Positions 26,487 to 39,765 of a stretch of 64,000 nt of DNA are shown here, piece after piece (position 1 is the stretch's first letter; each line of letters opens with the position of its first letter). Location: NCBI GenBank assembly GCA_032718475.1, contig JAUCBJ010000145.1, positions 8,991 to 72,990 on the forward strand, given 5' to 3'. The stretch comes from Nemertoderma westbladi (taxonomy: Eukaryota > Animalia > Xenacoelomorpha). A program made the position numbers and the translations under genes. A model generated the notes under the pieces. That model worked only from the letters and a program-made list of their open reading frames with translations. It did no database searches and was not told the DNA's origin.

Positions 26487-27145
26487 GTGTAGTAAATACC
26501 CAAATAGAATCGTACTGACAAACAAGCAATTCCGTAGTATTCCCCCGTTAATCACCTCTTGAAGCAACTCGGCTGCTCGGGTCCAGATACATCGGACTGT
26601 CGGGAGCGTTTCAGACAGTAATGGAGCGGCATTTGCGAATATTTCCAATGGTTTTATAATAAATAAGGGGATTCAACAGTTCAATGCTAAAACAAATGGA
26701 TTATTCCTAACCCCACCCCAATACAGCAATATACCTAACAGTATATAGCTTTGCAGGATTCTCGATTCAGGGATTGAGTACAGCCTGACAGTACCGGTAC
26801 ACATGGTAGGCCTACATGCAGAATTGCAAAATTTGTCAGAAAACCCAGCTGATTTATCCTACAGTAATAATAATTTAACGCATTTTAAATTTGGATAAAC
26901 AAATGTATTATAACTGCAATAACAGTTACACTGATGCTGCACGAAGGCCCCACGCAAATTCTACTTGGAAAATTTTCAAACTTTTGCCAAACAACATGTG
27001 TACCAAGTTTGGATAGATTTCATCAAGGATTGGCCGAGTTATTAACGTTTAAAATAAAATACTGAAAAAAAACGCGACAGAACGACAGGTTGATTAATGG
27101 TACCACTACGCTAAGGCTCACTCACTTCGTGGCTCGCCCCACAGT

Positions 27146-27405
27146 AGTGGGGTGAGCCACGCAGTCAGGGCGAACCTTAGCGCACAATTATAATTAGTAA
27201 ATAGGGCAAAATTTCATGTCTGTCTGTCTGTCTGTAATGGAAAATTAATTCGTAAATAACTTTGGAAGATTTTAACCATTTTCAACCAAATTTTGTATGG
27301 GCATACTTTATGGAAAGTTACGGGCAAATACTTCTCGAACTTTTGACTCCAGATCAAATCGAACTTCCTCAAGTTCGCGTGCTGCGCGACGCCCCACGAA
27401 CGTGT
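27146..27405 (-). mobile_element. HINE/DINE-like element, tail-to-tail with a related 3' end
   Basis: Homologous to 6983-7263; (TGTC)n present. Confidence 0.7.
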
Positions 27406-28113
27406 TATATTCTGTAGGTGCTGTAAATTTATAAACATTACTTATGATTGGCTGCCAATGCTAGAAATGCCAGTTACGGTGTTAACCCTTACCTGCACCT
27501 TTGCTCTTTTTCACTTCATTGGTACTGTTCCAAGGAGAATTTTGACGGATAAACATCCGTCCTGATGCTACCAGGACGGATGGATAATATATTCACCATT
27601 GAGTGTGATATCAATAATTGTTGGCCCTTTATCAATCATTCAAAGGAAAGTACAACGTTATTCCAGTGCTCTGCATATGAATGCAACATTTCATCGCCTT
27701 AAAGAATGACTACTCCACACTCTTATCTATCATACTATTATATGATGTAATACATATTCACTCCACCCAACAACAATTAATTAATTATAATTTAAAATTC
27801 TAGTTTGCATTCTTATTAATATTATATTATATATATTAAATAATAATAATATTCAAATCAGTGAAAATGTGTTTGCAGCAAACGTTCTGCACAGTGCATA
27901 TCAGTAAAACACGAAAGGTTATAAACAAGTATGCCGCAATAAATATAACGTATAAAATTCTAAGAATATTAAATAATCCATATTGGACCGGATAAAAAAA
28001 TACTAACGATTTTTAGAGTACCACACTATGTAGCAGTACTAACATTAGCTCGGACTGATTCAAGGCAATCAATATATTCAAAAAATCTTCTACCGCTGAT
28101 GATATCCAACAAT

Positions 28114-31100
28114 GTAAGATTGTTGCCCGTACCTTCCCTCACGTAAGATTGTTTCCCGTACCCTCCCTCACGTAAGATTGTTTCCCGTACCCTCCCTCAC
28201 GTAAGATTGTTTCCCGTACCCTCCCACACGTAAGATTGTTTCCCGTACCCTCCCTCACGTAAGATTGTTTCCCGTACCCTCCCTCACGTAAGATTGTTTC
28301 CCGTACCCTCCCTCACGTAAGATTGTTTCCCGTACCCTCCCACACGTAAGATTGTTTCCCGTACCCTCCCTCACGTAAGATTGTTTCCCGTACCCTCCCT
28401 CACGTAAGATTGTTTCCCGTACCCTCCCTCACGTAAGATTGTTTCCCGTACCCTCCCACACGTAAGATTGTTTCCCGTACCCTCCCTCACGTAAGATTGT
28501 TTCCCGTACCCTCCCTCACGTAAGATTGTTTCCCGTACCCTCGGTAAGATTGTTTCCCATAACCTTCCACACGTAAGATTGTTTCCCCTACCCTCCCTCG
28601 CGTACGATTGTTTCCCGTACCCTCCCACACGTAAGATTGTTTCCCGTACCCTCCCTCACGTAAGATTGTTTCCCGTACCCTCCCTCACGTAAGATTGTTT
28701 CCCGTACCCTCCCTCACGTAAGATTGTTTCCCGTACCCTCCCTCACGTAAGATTGTTTCCCGTACCCTCGGTAAGATTGTTTCCCATAACCTTCACCACG
28801 TAAGATTGTTTCCCCTACCCTCCCTCGCATAAGATTGTTTCCCGTACCCTCCCCTCACGTAAGATTGTTTCCCGAACCCTCCCTCACGTAAGATTGTTTC
28901 CCGCAACCTCCCTCACGTAAGATTGTTTCCCGTACCTCCCCTCACGTAAGATTGTTTCCCGTACCCTCCCACACGTAAGATTGTTTCCCGTACCCTCCCC
29001 TCAGTATGATTGTTTCCCGTACCCTCCCCTCAGTATGATTGTTTCCCGTACCCTCCCTCACGTAAGATTGTTTCCCGTACCCTCGGTAAGATTGTTTCCC
29101 GTACCCTCCCTCACGTAAGATTGTTTCCCGTACCCTCCCTCACGTAAGATTGTTTCCCGTACCCTCCCTCACGTAAGATTGTTTCCCGTACCCTCCCTCA
29201 CGTAAGATTGTTTCCCGTACCCTCCCTCACGTAAGATTGTTTCCCGTACCCTCGGTAAGATTGTTTCCCATAACCTTCCACACGTAAGATTGTTTCCCCT
29301 ACCCTCCCTCGCGTACGATTGTTTCCCGTACCCTCCCTCACGTAAGATTGTTTCCCGTACCCTCCCTCACGTAAGATTGTTTCCCGTACCCTCCCTCACG
29401 TAAGATTGTTTCCCGAACCATCCCTCACGTAAGATTGTTTCCCGCAACCTCCCTCACGTAAGATTATTTCCCGTACCTCCCCTCACGTAAGATTGTTTCC
29501 CGTACCCTCCCTCACGTAAGATTGTTTCCCGTACCCTCGGTAAGATTGTTTCCCGTACCCTCCCTCACGTAAGATTGTTTCCCGTACCCTCGGTAAGATT
29601 GTTTCCCATAACCTTCCACACGTAAGATTGTTTCCCCTACCCTCCCTCGCGTACGATTGTTTCCCGTACCCTCCCTCACGTAAGATTGTTTCCCGTACCC
29701 TCCCTCACGTAAGATTGTTTCCCGTACCCTCCCTCACGTAAGATTGTTTCCCGTACCCTCCCTCACGTAAGATTGTTTCCCGTACCCTCCCTCACGTAAG
29801 ATTGTTTCCCGTACCCTCCCTCACGTAAGATTGTTTCCCGTACCCTCCCTCACGTAAGATTGTTTCCCGTACCCTCCCTCACGTAAGATTGTTTCCCGTA
29901 CCCTCCCTCACGTAAGATTGTTTCCCGTACCCTCCCCTCAGTATGATTGTTTCCCATAGCCTTCCACACGTAAGATTGTTTCCCATAACCTTCCACACGT
30001 AAGATTGTTTCCCATAACCTTCCACACGTAAGATTGTTTCCCGTACCCTCCCTCACGTAAGATTGTTTCCCGTACCCTCCCTCACGTAAGATTGTTTCCC
30101 GTACCCTCCCTCACGTAAGATTGTTTCCCGTACCCTCCCTCACGTAAGATTGTTTCCCGTACTCTCCCTCACGTAAGATTGTTTCCCGTACCCTCCCACA
30201 CGTAAGATTGTTTCCCGTACCCTCCCTCACGTAAGATTGTTTCCCGTACTCTCCCTCACGTAAGATTGTTTCCCGTACCCTCCCACACGTAAGATTGTTT
30301 CCCGTACCCTCCCACACGTAAGATTGTTTCCCGTACCCTCCCTCACGTAAGATTGTTTCCCGTACCCTTCCACACGTAAGATTGTTTCCCGTACCCTCCC
30401 TCACGTAAGATTGTTTCCCGTACCCTCCCACACGTAAGATTGTTTCCCGTACCCTCCATCACGTAAGATTGTTTCCCGTACCCTCCCCTCAGTATGATTG
30501 TTTCCCATAGCCTTCCACACGTAAGATTGTTTCCCATAACCTTCCACACGTAAGATTGTTTCCCATAGCCTTCCACACGTAAGATTGTTTCCCATAACCT
30601 TCCACACGTAAGATTGTTTCCCATAACCTTCCACACGTAAGATTGTTTCCCGTACCCTCCCACACGTAAGATTGTTTCCCGTACCCTCCCTCACGTAAGA
30701 TTGTTTCCCGTACCCTCCCCTCAGTATGATTGTTTCCCATAGCCTTCCACACGTAAGATTGTTTCCCATAACCTTCCACACGTAAGATTGTTTCCCATAA
30801 CCTTCCACACGTAAGATTGTTTCCCGTACCCTCCCACACGTAAGATTGTTTCCCGTACCCTCCCTCACGTAAGATTGTTTCCCGTACCCTCCCTCACGTA
30901 AGATTGTTTCCCGTACCCTCCCTCACGTAAGATTGTTTCCCGTACCCTCCCACACGTAAGATTGTTTCCCGTACCCTCCCTCACGTAAGATTGTTTCCCG
31001 TACCCTCCCTCACGTAAGATTGTTTCCCGTACCCTCCCTCACGTAAGATTGTTTCCCGTACCCTCCCACACGTAAGATTGTTTCCCGTACCCTCCCTCAC

Positions 31101-32604
31101 GTAAGATTGTTTCCCGTACCCTCCCTCACGTAAGATTGTTTCCCGTACCCTCCCTCACGTAAGATTGTTTCCCGTACCCTCCCTCACGTAAGATTGTTTC
31201 CCGTACCCTCCCACACGTAAGATTGTTTCCCGTACCCTCCCTCACGTAAGATTGTTTCCCGTACCCTCCCTCACGTAAGATTGTTTCCCGTACCCTCCCA
31301 CACGTAAGATTGTTTCCCGTACCCTCCCACACGTAAGATTGTTTCCCGTACCCTCCCTCACGTAAGATTGTTTCCCGTACCCTCCCACACGTAAGATTGT
31401 TTCCCGTACCCTCCCTCACGTAAGATTGTTTCCCGTACCCTCCCTCACGTAAGATTGTTTCCCGTACCCTCCCACACGTAAGATTGTTTCCCGTACCCTC
31501 CCTCACGTAAGATTGTTTCCCGTACCCTCCCTCACGTAATATTGTTTCCCGTACCCTCCCTCACGTAAGATTGTTTCCCGTACCCTCCCACACGTAAGAT
31601 TGTTTCCCGTACCCTCCCTCACGTAAGATTGTTTTCCGTACCCTCCCTCACGTAAGATTGTTTCCCGTACCCTCCCACACGTAAGATTGTTTCCCGTACC
31701 CTCCCTCACGTAAGATTGTTTCCCGTACCCTCCCTCACGTAAGATTGTTTCCCGTACCCTCCCTCACGTAAGATTGTTTCCCGTACCCTCCCTCACGTAA
31801 GATTGTTTCCCGTACCCTCCCACACGTAAGATTGTTTCCCGTACCCTCCCTCACGTAAGATTGTTTCCCGTACCCTCCCTCACGTAAGATTGTTTCCCGT
31901 ACCCTCCCTCACGTAAGATTGTTTCCCGTACCCTCCCACACGTAAGATTGTTTCCCGTACCCTCCCTCACGTAAGATTGTTTCCCGTACCCTCCCTCACG
32001 TAAGATTGTTTCCCGTACCCTCCCACACGTAAGATTGTTTCCCGTACCCTCCCTCACGTAAGATTGTTTCCCGTACCCTCCCCTCAGTATGATTGTTTCC
32101 CATAGCCTTCCACACGTAAGATTGTTTCCCATAACCTTCCACACGTAAGATTGTTTCCCATAACCTTCCACACGTAAGATTGTTTCCCGTACCCTCCCAC
32201 ACGTAAGATTGTTTCCCGTACCCTCCCTCACGTAAGATTGTTTCCCGTACCCTCCCTCACGTAAGATTGTTTCCCGTACCCTCCCTCACGTAAGATTGTT
32301 TCCCGTACCCTCCCACACGTAAGATTGTTTCCCGTACCCTCCCTCACGTAAGATTGTTTCCCGTACCCTCCCTCACGTAAGATTGTTTCCGGTACCCTCC
32401 CTCACGTAAGATTGTTTCCCGTACCCTCCCACACGTAAGATTGTTTCCCGTACCCTCCCTCACGTAAGATTGTTTCCCGTACCCTCCCTCACGTAAGATT
32501 GTTTCCCTTACCCTCCCTCGCGTAAGATTGTTTCCCGTACCCTCCCACACGTAAGATTGTTTCCCGTACCCTCCCTCACGTAAGATTGTTTCCCGTACCC
32601 TTCC
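28114..32604. repeat. 29-bp satellite CACGTAAGATTGTTTCCCGTACCCTCCCT, ~155 copies
   Basis: Head-to-tail units without spacers; recurrent variant blocks. Confidence 0.98.
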
Positions 32605-32766
32605 TTGCTGCGTATAAAGTTGACACAATGATGTAAACATGTACCCGTATTTATTTTATATTATAATTGATAAGGGAAAGGCATTGGCTTTTCAGGATTT
32701 GGAAGACACACAGAATACATTGTAAACATATGGTCCGATTATTTAGAGCAGCAGTAGTATCAGTAT

Positions 32767-33084
32767 GTGAGTCCATCCTGGGATCTAACAGCTGAAGACA
32801 CCAAATCTCAGGATAGCACATTCACAAGAGTGATACGTCGGGTTCATTGTGTCAATTACAATAGCCGCCTCCGCTTTGTAGGACATTGTTTTCGCCGTGA
32901 GGATCAGCCAGTGCATAATCTCGTACTTTGGCAGCCTCATGGAGTGAATAAGCATGGTGGACAGCCCATGACTTTCTTGAGACGCATCTTAAAGGACACT
33001 GGCCTTGAAGATGCTGATACTCTCGCGAAAGTCATGGGGGATAGGGAGTTGTTGTGGTGCAATTTTGTTGATAAGCCGGCATAG
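32767..33084 (+). pseudogene. 3' fragment of an RTE-clade LINE ORF2
   Basis: RLRFVGHCFRRED...LVLWQPHG...KDTGLED...MGDRELLW is typical of RTE C-termini. Confidence 0.75.
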
Positions 33085-33720
33085 CATTCTTAATGCACGT
33101 TGCATTGGGCTTGCCAATTGTGGATTCATGCATGGTGGTGACAAAATATTTTTGTTACGATAACCTAGCATCTCAATGTGAAGCTTCAATGCAGTAGGCC
33201 GATTATAGTTGTAGTAGTAGTATAATTGATAAAAGTAGTGCCGTTTTGAAAATCTTACTTGAAAATTCTGGTTTCTTCACTTCACTCCAATGTGTCAATA
33301 TCAAAAGGAATCATCTTCAAATAAAAAAAATAAAAAAGATAGTTTTTATTTATCCGGTCCATTTAAATAACGGTGCCCCGGAATTCATAATATATCCATT
33401 AATTATTTTATTTTATCTTATTGCGATTTGAAGTTTAGAATTTCTAAAAATAAAAAATTCAAAATTAAAGAAAAGGATTAGTTAGAAATAAATAACTAAG
33501 GTTTATTATAAAGTACAATTTATAAATTAATATATCTATAAAGTTTGTTTGTAATTGTTCGTTAAAAGGGATCATTATGTCGATTCCGACCGGAATTCTC
33601 TGATAAATTCCGGGGCAAATTACATACTATTAATAATTATTAACTAACTATACAAAATCTACGAAGTTGACTATAGAATTAAATTATGATTGAGGACCTT
33701 TTAAGTACCGGTTGAATATA

Positions 33721-36129
33721 TTACTCGGTATCACTATCGCTATCTACTAGTGTAGTATAGCTGGGAGGCGAGCACCTGCCGTGGAAAGAACGAGAACTAG
33801 CAATATTGTTGCTGCTTGATGAGACTACCTTTAAGATAAAACCCTTACAATCTTTACAGACATCGACTGCGGCTCGGGGAGTCGGCGTAGGTTGCAAGGA
33901 AATCTTGCGCTTGTGAGATACTGGGGAAGTGTCTGGACTCGAAGGGGCTGAACGAAACGCCCCGGGAGCGACTGGCGATAGACAAGAAATCGGAACTCGA
34001 AGAAAATGCCGTTCCGCAGTAACCGGTAAATCCATGGCGTTGATGCAGTGCCGGCACACGTATTTCTGGCACAGTTTGCACCGGTACGAGCGTTTAAACA
34101 GCCCAAACCGATAGGTGCGACACGTGAAGCAAACCTTTTCCGCACGCACGGCGGCACAGAGTCGCTCATCAAGCTGAAGATTGTCGAGCTCTGCACTGGT
34201 AAGAACGCCTCGAATGTGAATGATCTCCTTGAATGTAAGAGATAGACAGTCTGGTGGGCGGCGGGCAGGGGGGAAGATGTGTTCGGACGAAACCCGGATA
34301 TGGGAGGGGGGCTTCTGTGGGGTAGCTAGTCGACGTGCCGCCGCGGACGAGGGAATATTTACTAGCGAATGGCGACGCGGGAGTGGTTGCGAGCAGGGTA
34401 TGCTGGGACGAGAGATTCGGGAGGGAGTGCAAATAGAAGCAGTACGATTGGGAGTAGAGCCATAGGGAGCATTGTGGATAGGAGTAGAGCTGTAGGGGGC
34501 GTTGTGGGTGGGAGCAGAGCCATGGGGAGCGTTGTGGATGGGAGTAGAGCTGTAGGGAGCAGCGTGGATGGGAGTAGAACTGTAGGGAGGCTTGTGAACG
34601 GGAGTAGGGGCATAGGAAGCGTTGTGGGTGGGAGTAGAGCGATAAGGAGCCTTGTGGGTGGGAGTAGAATCATAGGGATCGTTGTGGGTGGGGGATGAAA
34701 TATATGAGATGGAGTTACGCGATGGCCCAGATGGGATTTTGTGTTTAGAGGTGGAGTAGAAATCCATTGCATTAGTGACATGTCTGGGTGGAGTAATTAG
34801 CTCATGAATACTCTGCATTGTTTCAGCAATCTGGTTGTGAACATCAGCGCTGTCTGAGTCTATATCATCATCTGTCAAAATGTCTGTTTCATCATCTGAT
34901 GAATCATCAGCAAACTCGGAGCATTCATCATCAGTGGGAATATCTGCTAATCCCCCGACGGGAGCTTCAAGTCGCAGCTTGGGTTGGTTGGAGTAGCGAA
35001 TCTCCCCACCGGGCCCCCCGGACGAGTCAATGACCCGACCTAGACTCACTCCACGCCTCTCGTTGGCGCGTTGTCCCAATGGCTTCAGACGCTCCGAGTG
35101 GGTGGCAGTACGGATGTCTGCTAGAATGCGTTCCCTATTGGACGGGTCCCACTTCGAGACAAGGGGAGCCAATACGCGGAGGCCAGCAGACCGCAACGGG
35201 GGTCTGGACCGGATGAACTCCAGGATTCGTTCGCGGGCGCTCAAACGAACGCTTCGTCCCATAGCCACCTCCTCTACTTTACGCAACTCATAAGCCTTTG
35301 TTCGAATATCTTTCATTAACATTTCATATGGAGTCAATACCGAATATTCCATTGGTGGTGTATTGGATATGTTATCAATTTTACGCAAGGACACGCCATT
35401 GCGGAGTTCTCGAATAACCTGAACCCAGAGCTGCGCCCATTGAGCCACCGAGATATTATCCAAGTCCTCCGGATTATCGCCACTCTCGTTATTATCATGG
35501 CATCTTTTAGAATTTGTAATTTTGGATAAGAAGGTGGTTAATTCAATTCCTTCCGCGTATAAAGCGCGACACACAGATTGGTAATGGGAGGGAGCTTCAG
35601 CGGGATTGGAGAGACGGGAAGCGCATATGCGGACCACTTTATCGAACCTGTCAATAGGTCCATAAAAATCACCGCTGTGAACACCTAATCCAGACCTTTC
35701 AATCGAGGGCGCATCCTCTTCCACATCTGAGTCGGAAATGCAGCCTTCATCCGCTGCACTATCCGTGTCTGTATCATTCGATTCATCCGTCATGCGAGTA
35801 ATGAGATCGTCAAGGGATGCCGAAAGATGACGTTCCTCTTTATTATCAAGGTTGTAATTAAGCGCTTGATAGATGAGACATCCAATAGAGTAAATTGCAC
35901 ATCTCACCCACTTTGGAGTCCGACTTTGATTGCCTTGGGAGTTAATAATAATAAATCCTTCCCGGTTTAGTAAAACTTCGTTTAATGTTTTGGGAGAATT
36001 AAAGTCTCCCACGAAATCCTTAGATGATAATTCCTTTACACTCTGATAAATTATAGCAAATGAATGTTCTTCGGTAATAGCGGCATTAAATGTTTGTAAG
36101 ATAGAATTTATACTTATCGCGGCGTCCAT
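33721..36129 (-). CDS. spir: Protein Spire, actin nucleator, ~802 aa, intronless CDS
   Basis: KIND domain (IYSIGCLIYQALNYNL..EERHLS), four WH2 motifs (WVQVIRELRNGVSLRK; TPYEMLMKDIR; ARERILEFIRSRPPL; RERILADIR), Spir-box (LSLTFKEIIHIRGVLTSAELD) and FYVE-like finger (CFTC..CKLCQKYVCRHC). First ATG at 36129. Confidence 0.95.
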   Translation of the reverse strand: MDAAISINSILQTFNAAITEEHSFAIIYQSVKELSSKDFVGDFNSPKTLNEVLLNREGFIIINSQGNQSRTPKWVRCAIYSIGCLIYQALNYNLDNKEERHLSASLDDLITRMTDESNDTDTDSAADEGCISDSDVEEDAPSIERSGLGVHSGDFYGPIDRFDKVVRICASRLSNPAEAPSHYQSVCRALYAEGIELTTFLSKITNSKRCHDNNESGDNPEDLDNISVAQWAQLWVQVIRELRNGVSLRKIDNISNTPPMEYSVLTPYEMLMKDIRTKAYELRKVEEVAMGRSVRLSARERILEFIRSRPPLRSAGLRVLAPLVSKWDPSNRERILADIRTATHSERLKPLGQRANERRGVSLGRVIDSSGGPGGEIRYSNQPKLRLEAPVGGLADIPTDDECSEFADDSSDDETDILTDDDIDSDSADVHNQIAETMQSIHELITPPRHVTNAMDFYSTSKHKIPSGPSRNSISYISSPTHNDPYDSTPTHKAPYRSTPTHNASYAPTPVHKPPYSSTPIHAAPYSSTPIHNAPHGSAPTHNAPYSSTPIHNAPYGSTPNRTASICTPSRISRPSIPCSQPLPRRHSLVNIPSSAAARRLATPQKPPSHIRVSSEHIFPPARRPPDCLSLTFKEIIHIRGVLTSAELDNLQLDERLCAAVRAEKVCFTCRTYRFGLFKRSYRCKLCQKYVCRHCINAMDLPVTAERHFLRVPISCLSPVAPGAFRSAPSSPDTSPVSHKRKISLQPTPTPRAAVDVCKDCKGFILKVVSSSSNNIASSRSFHGRCSPPSYTTLVDSDSDTE

Positions 36130-36477
36130 TTTCAGAAAGTTGTATTGCAGTTGCAGTATTGTCACTGCTGCTGTGTTTAAAAAGTCATGGAATTTCCGGT
36201 GAACCCGCCCGGTCTGCCGGTATCCTACTGATTACTGGATTACATAATTGTCTGATTGTACAGTTGTAGTAATGCAGTAACGGTAATTGGTACCGGTAAC
36301 CATAACCAGGAAGAAAAGGGAAGCGTCACAGCAACGAATCATTATCTAGAATACTTCAATATAGGATTCCACACTAGGCCTATGTTACATGACTAGGAGG
36401 AGCTGCATTCCTGCATGGGCTATATCAGTGTAGGCCTATGCTATAAAGTATAAACTGATAAAGAAAAGAAGTGGCTA

Positions 36478-36806
36478 CTGACCAGACGCATTGTCCATTG
36501 ACCGGACCAACTGACCGGACCCTCTAAATACCGTATTGAACCTTTATGGGCCTATTTGATTTATATTTTACTTGTGCATTATTGACCGGACCCTTACCGA
36601 TATTTTATTATCACAATGACTGAATGAAGTAGGCCTAACCTGCATAATCTTACAACAGTACAGTCTTATAACATGTGTTAACAATGTCGTTTATTGTTTT
36701 GGTTCCCCCAACCAGCCAACACGCCTCTGTAACACTGATAATTTAAATGACAATGGGTAATGGGTCAGGTCAACGGGTCCGGTGAATTGAGCAATGGGTC
36801 CGTCAG
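36478..36806. mobile_element. Degenerate MITE, family C, sharing its internal core with families A and B
   Basis: CATTGACCGGACC / GGTCCGGTGAATTG inverted ends; AACCTGCATAATCTT...TTTATTGTTTTGG core. Confidence 0.55.
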
Positions 36807-36900
36807 ACTAAACGTTTAGACTAACTCACTGACATGTAGCAGCATCATAGTATGCGGACAACCCGAGTAGCCTACCAGAGACATACAGTTACAGTCTTAT

Positions 36901-38002
36901 ATGAGTAACTTCTCTCAATGCGTCAAATCTGGTAGAATTATATCTCCTACAATAACTCTAAAAGTTGGATTTCCTCAAGGTGGTCCTCTAAGCGGTCCAT
37001 TGTTTACGAAAGATACAGATGAAATTAGAGAAGAAGATGGTTCCCTTGCCAAGTATTCTGACGATTCTCGTTGCTTGTACTCTATTAGTTGTTCAAAAGA
37101 TAATGATAAATATGAGCTAAGTATTAAGAAAATTGTAGATTTGTCATTAAAGAAAAACTTGAAGCTGAACACAAAGAAGTCTGAGGAACTGTGCTTCATT
37201 CCAATAAATTTCAAAGACTCTAAAATCGTAGATATTGCAGAGGAAAGGATTACAATTGGGGGTAATGTCGTACCACGACCAGCTGTGGTGAAACATCTGG
37301 GAGTGTGGATATCAGATAATATGTCATGGAAAATCCATGTCTCTAACTTAATAAAAAAAGTTAACTACATAGTCCGCCAGTTCAGCTTCTTCATTCGGTT
37401 TGCGAGTAAAAAGACTAAAATATTTCTATTCCAAACGTACATTGCACCACACTATTTGTACTGTTCTGTGGCTTGGGTCCCTCTTACACCATCCAGTCTA
37501 AGAAAGAAGCTGCGTAAACCAATATCACTGTACGCAAGGCACTCTAAGATAGATAAACATGTGTACTTAAAATATATTAATGACGCATTCTCCACTCAAT
37601 TTGTCAACATGGTTAACAAGATTGTGGCCACACCCCGACACCCCTTACATGATTTTATCATGGCCTCCAAGTCAACGTCCACCTCAACTCGCAGCAAATA
37701 CACAATGCCAAACGTTCGTACGAAATTATTTCAGAACTCATTTGCACCTATGGCCATACGATACCTTATTAGTAATGAGATGCCGTTATTTTTCGACTGA
37801 GTTAATGTCCAATGTTTATTATTTAATTTCTTATATCATCTATACTTAATATAATTTTATTTAATTTGTCAAAGACTTTATACTTATTACTTACTTACTT
37901 ATTTAGCATGTTTTAATGATGCATTTGGTTTTACTATTCCCATTTACATTTTATCGATGTACAGGAATTAAAACAATATAATATATATATATATATATAT
38001 AT
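36901..38002 (+). mobile_element. 5'-truncated L2/CR1-group LINE (RT domain, 3' UTR, (TA)n tail)
   Basis: GFPQGGPLSGPLF, KYSDD, LKLNTKKS and VKHLGVWISDNMSW motifs in an uninterrupted 299-aa frame. Confidence 0.9.
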
Positions 38003-38558
38003 AGAGACCACCACCGGTAAAACTACCGAAACCGAAGCCTATACTGTGAAAGAAATACTATCCCAGTCTGCCAGTATCGCAGTACTGCAGTATCCGTACC
38101 GGCTACTGTACTACACAATACACTGACACGGTTTGACGGTAGCCTACAATTACAGAATTGTAATCAGTGTGTTAGTCTGTTAGTACTGTAGTAGGCCTAG
38201 CCTATCCACCAATTGCCAATCCAGCTATCGTAGGCCCTACTGCTTGCTGTACTGCACAGCACAGCCAGACAGCCAGACAGCTGCAGTAATTGCAAATTGT
38301 TTATGCCATAAGCCAGATAGCAGCATAGGCCTACAGCTGAACAGTCTTGCACATCAGTACTGGACTGGCTGACTGGAGTAACCATGGAATTCCTGAATTC
38401 CATGCAGTACGGCTGTATGGTGTATGTAGCACGGCAAATGAGTCAGACAATGACAGTAAGCTTACTGCTCTGCTGTACTGGTAAAGTCTGAAAGTATGGT
38501 CTTGAAAAATGTTTCAATTTACAATCAATAGTTTTATTGAATAAACTATGCTGTTAAA

Positions 38559-39682
38559 AGGGGGGGGGGGGGGGGGGGGGGGGGTAGCGCACTTTCTGAC
38601 CAAAAGTCGAATTTTTGAAACATATCCTATCTAATGCAGAATCTCATGCTGAATCCAAATATGTAAACCGTTTTCCCATATCTTGCTTAGTTTTCGAGAT
38701 ATCTGGGAGTAGAAGATACTGGCTCCGATCTATCGCGATATCTGATATCGGTAAAGGAGATGAAGTTTGGGGTGTGCATTAAATTTCTGCAAATTTCTGT
38801 GCTCAGTGGTGCTAATTGGATGTCTCCACGAGAAAGAGCACATAATTTTAATTGAGAAAGTATATTTTTTATGATTATTGGACCTACTGATTAGTTTATA
38901 AGACAATTTCAAATCTCTGGAATGAAGACGGGACTCGAATAAGCGACTCTGTGGTCTTTGAGGAAATACACGGAATAGACTTATTGGTCATCGGATATCT
39001 TCAAAATGTGGTCGTACGGAGTTCGTTTTGGGCTCATTCGAAAGCTATTATTTCAGAGACCAAAGTTACCATTTCGTTTGGCAAACTCTTGAAAGCTGCC
39101 TGAGCAATCATAACTTGAACAAAATTTGCAAGGCATATTTTACCCAAATTCATGTTATGTTGCTTCACAACTATTTTATTTTAAATCAAATAGTAACTTT
39201 GTTCTCTAAGAAAAGAGCTTTTGAATGAGCCTAAAACGAACTTCGTACGACTACTAGAACTGGAGATTATACATTTTGAAGATCTCCGATGACCGATAAG
39301 TCTATTCCGTGTAATCCCGCAAAGACCGCAGAGTCGCTTATTCGAGTCCCGTCTTCATTCCGGAGACTTGAAGTTGTCTTATAAACTGACAAGTAGGTCC
39401 AATAATCATAAAAAAATACATAAATTTTGTGCTCTTTCTCGTGGAGACATCCTATTGGCACCACTGAGCACAGAAATTTGCAGAAATTGAATGCATACCC
39501 CAAACTTCATCGCCTTTACCGATATCGCGATATATTGGAGCCAGTATCTTCTATCCCAGATATCTCGAAAACTAAGCAAGATATGGGAAAACGGTTTCCA
39601 TATTTGGATTCAGCCTGAAATTCTGCATCAGATAGAATATGTTTCAAAAATTCGTCATTTTGGTAGAAAATGCGCTACCCCT
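38559..39682. mobile_element. Long-TIR foldback non-autonomous transposon
   Basis: ~470-bp inverted arms (GGGTAGCGCA...TGCGCTACCC); TSD unclear. Confidence 0.85.
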
Positions 39683-39765
39683 CTATGCGGACGCGTCAAA
39701 AGCATTAAGAGGGAGAGCTGGATTTTTAAATATTAATTTCGAAACTATAATTATTGTTATAATTA

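Noticed and set aside
28114-32604. CRISPR array, or coding ORFs (REGTGNNLT repeats)
   Set aside because: Units are contiguous with no unique spacers and no cas genes; the ORFs are by-products of the repeat.
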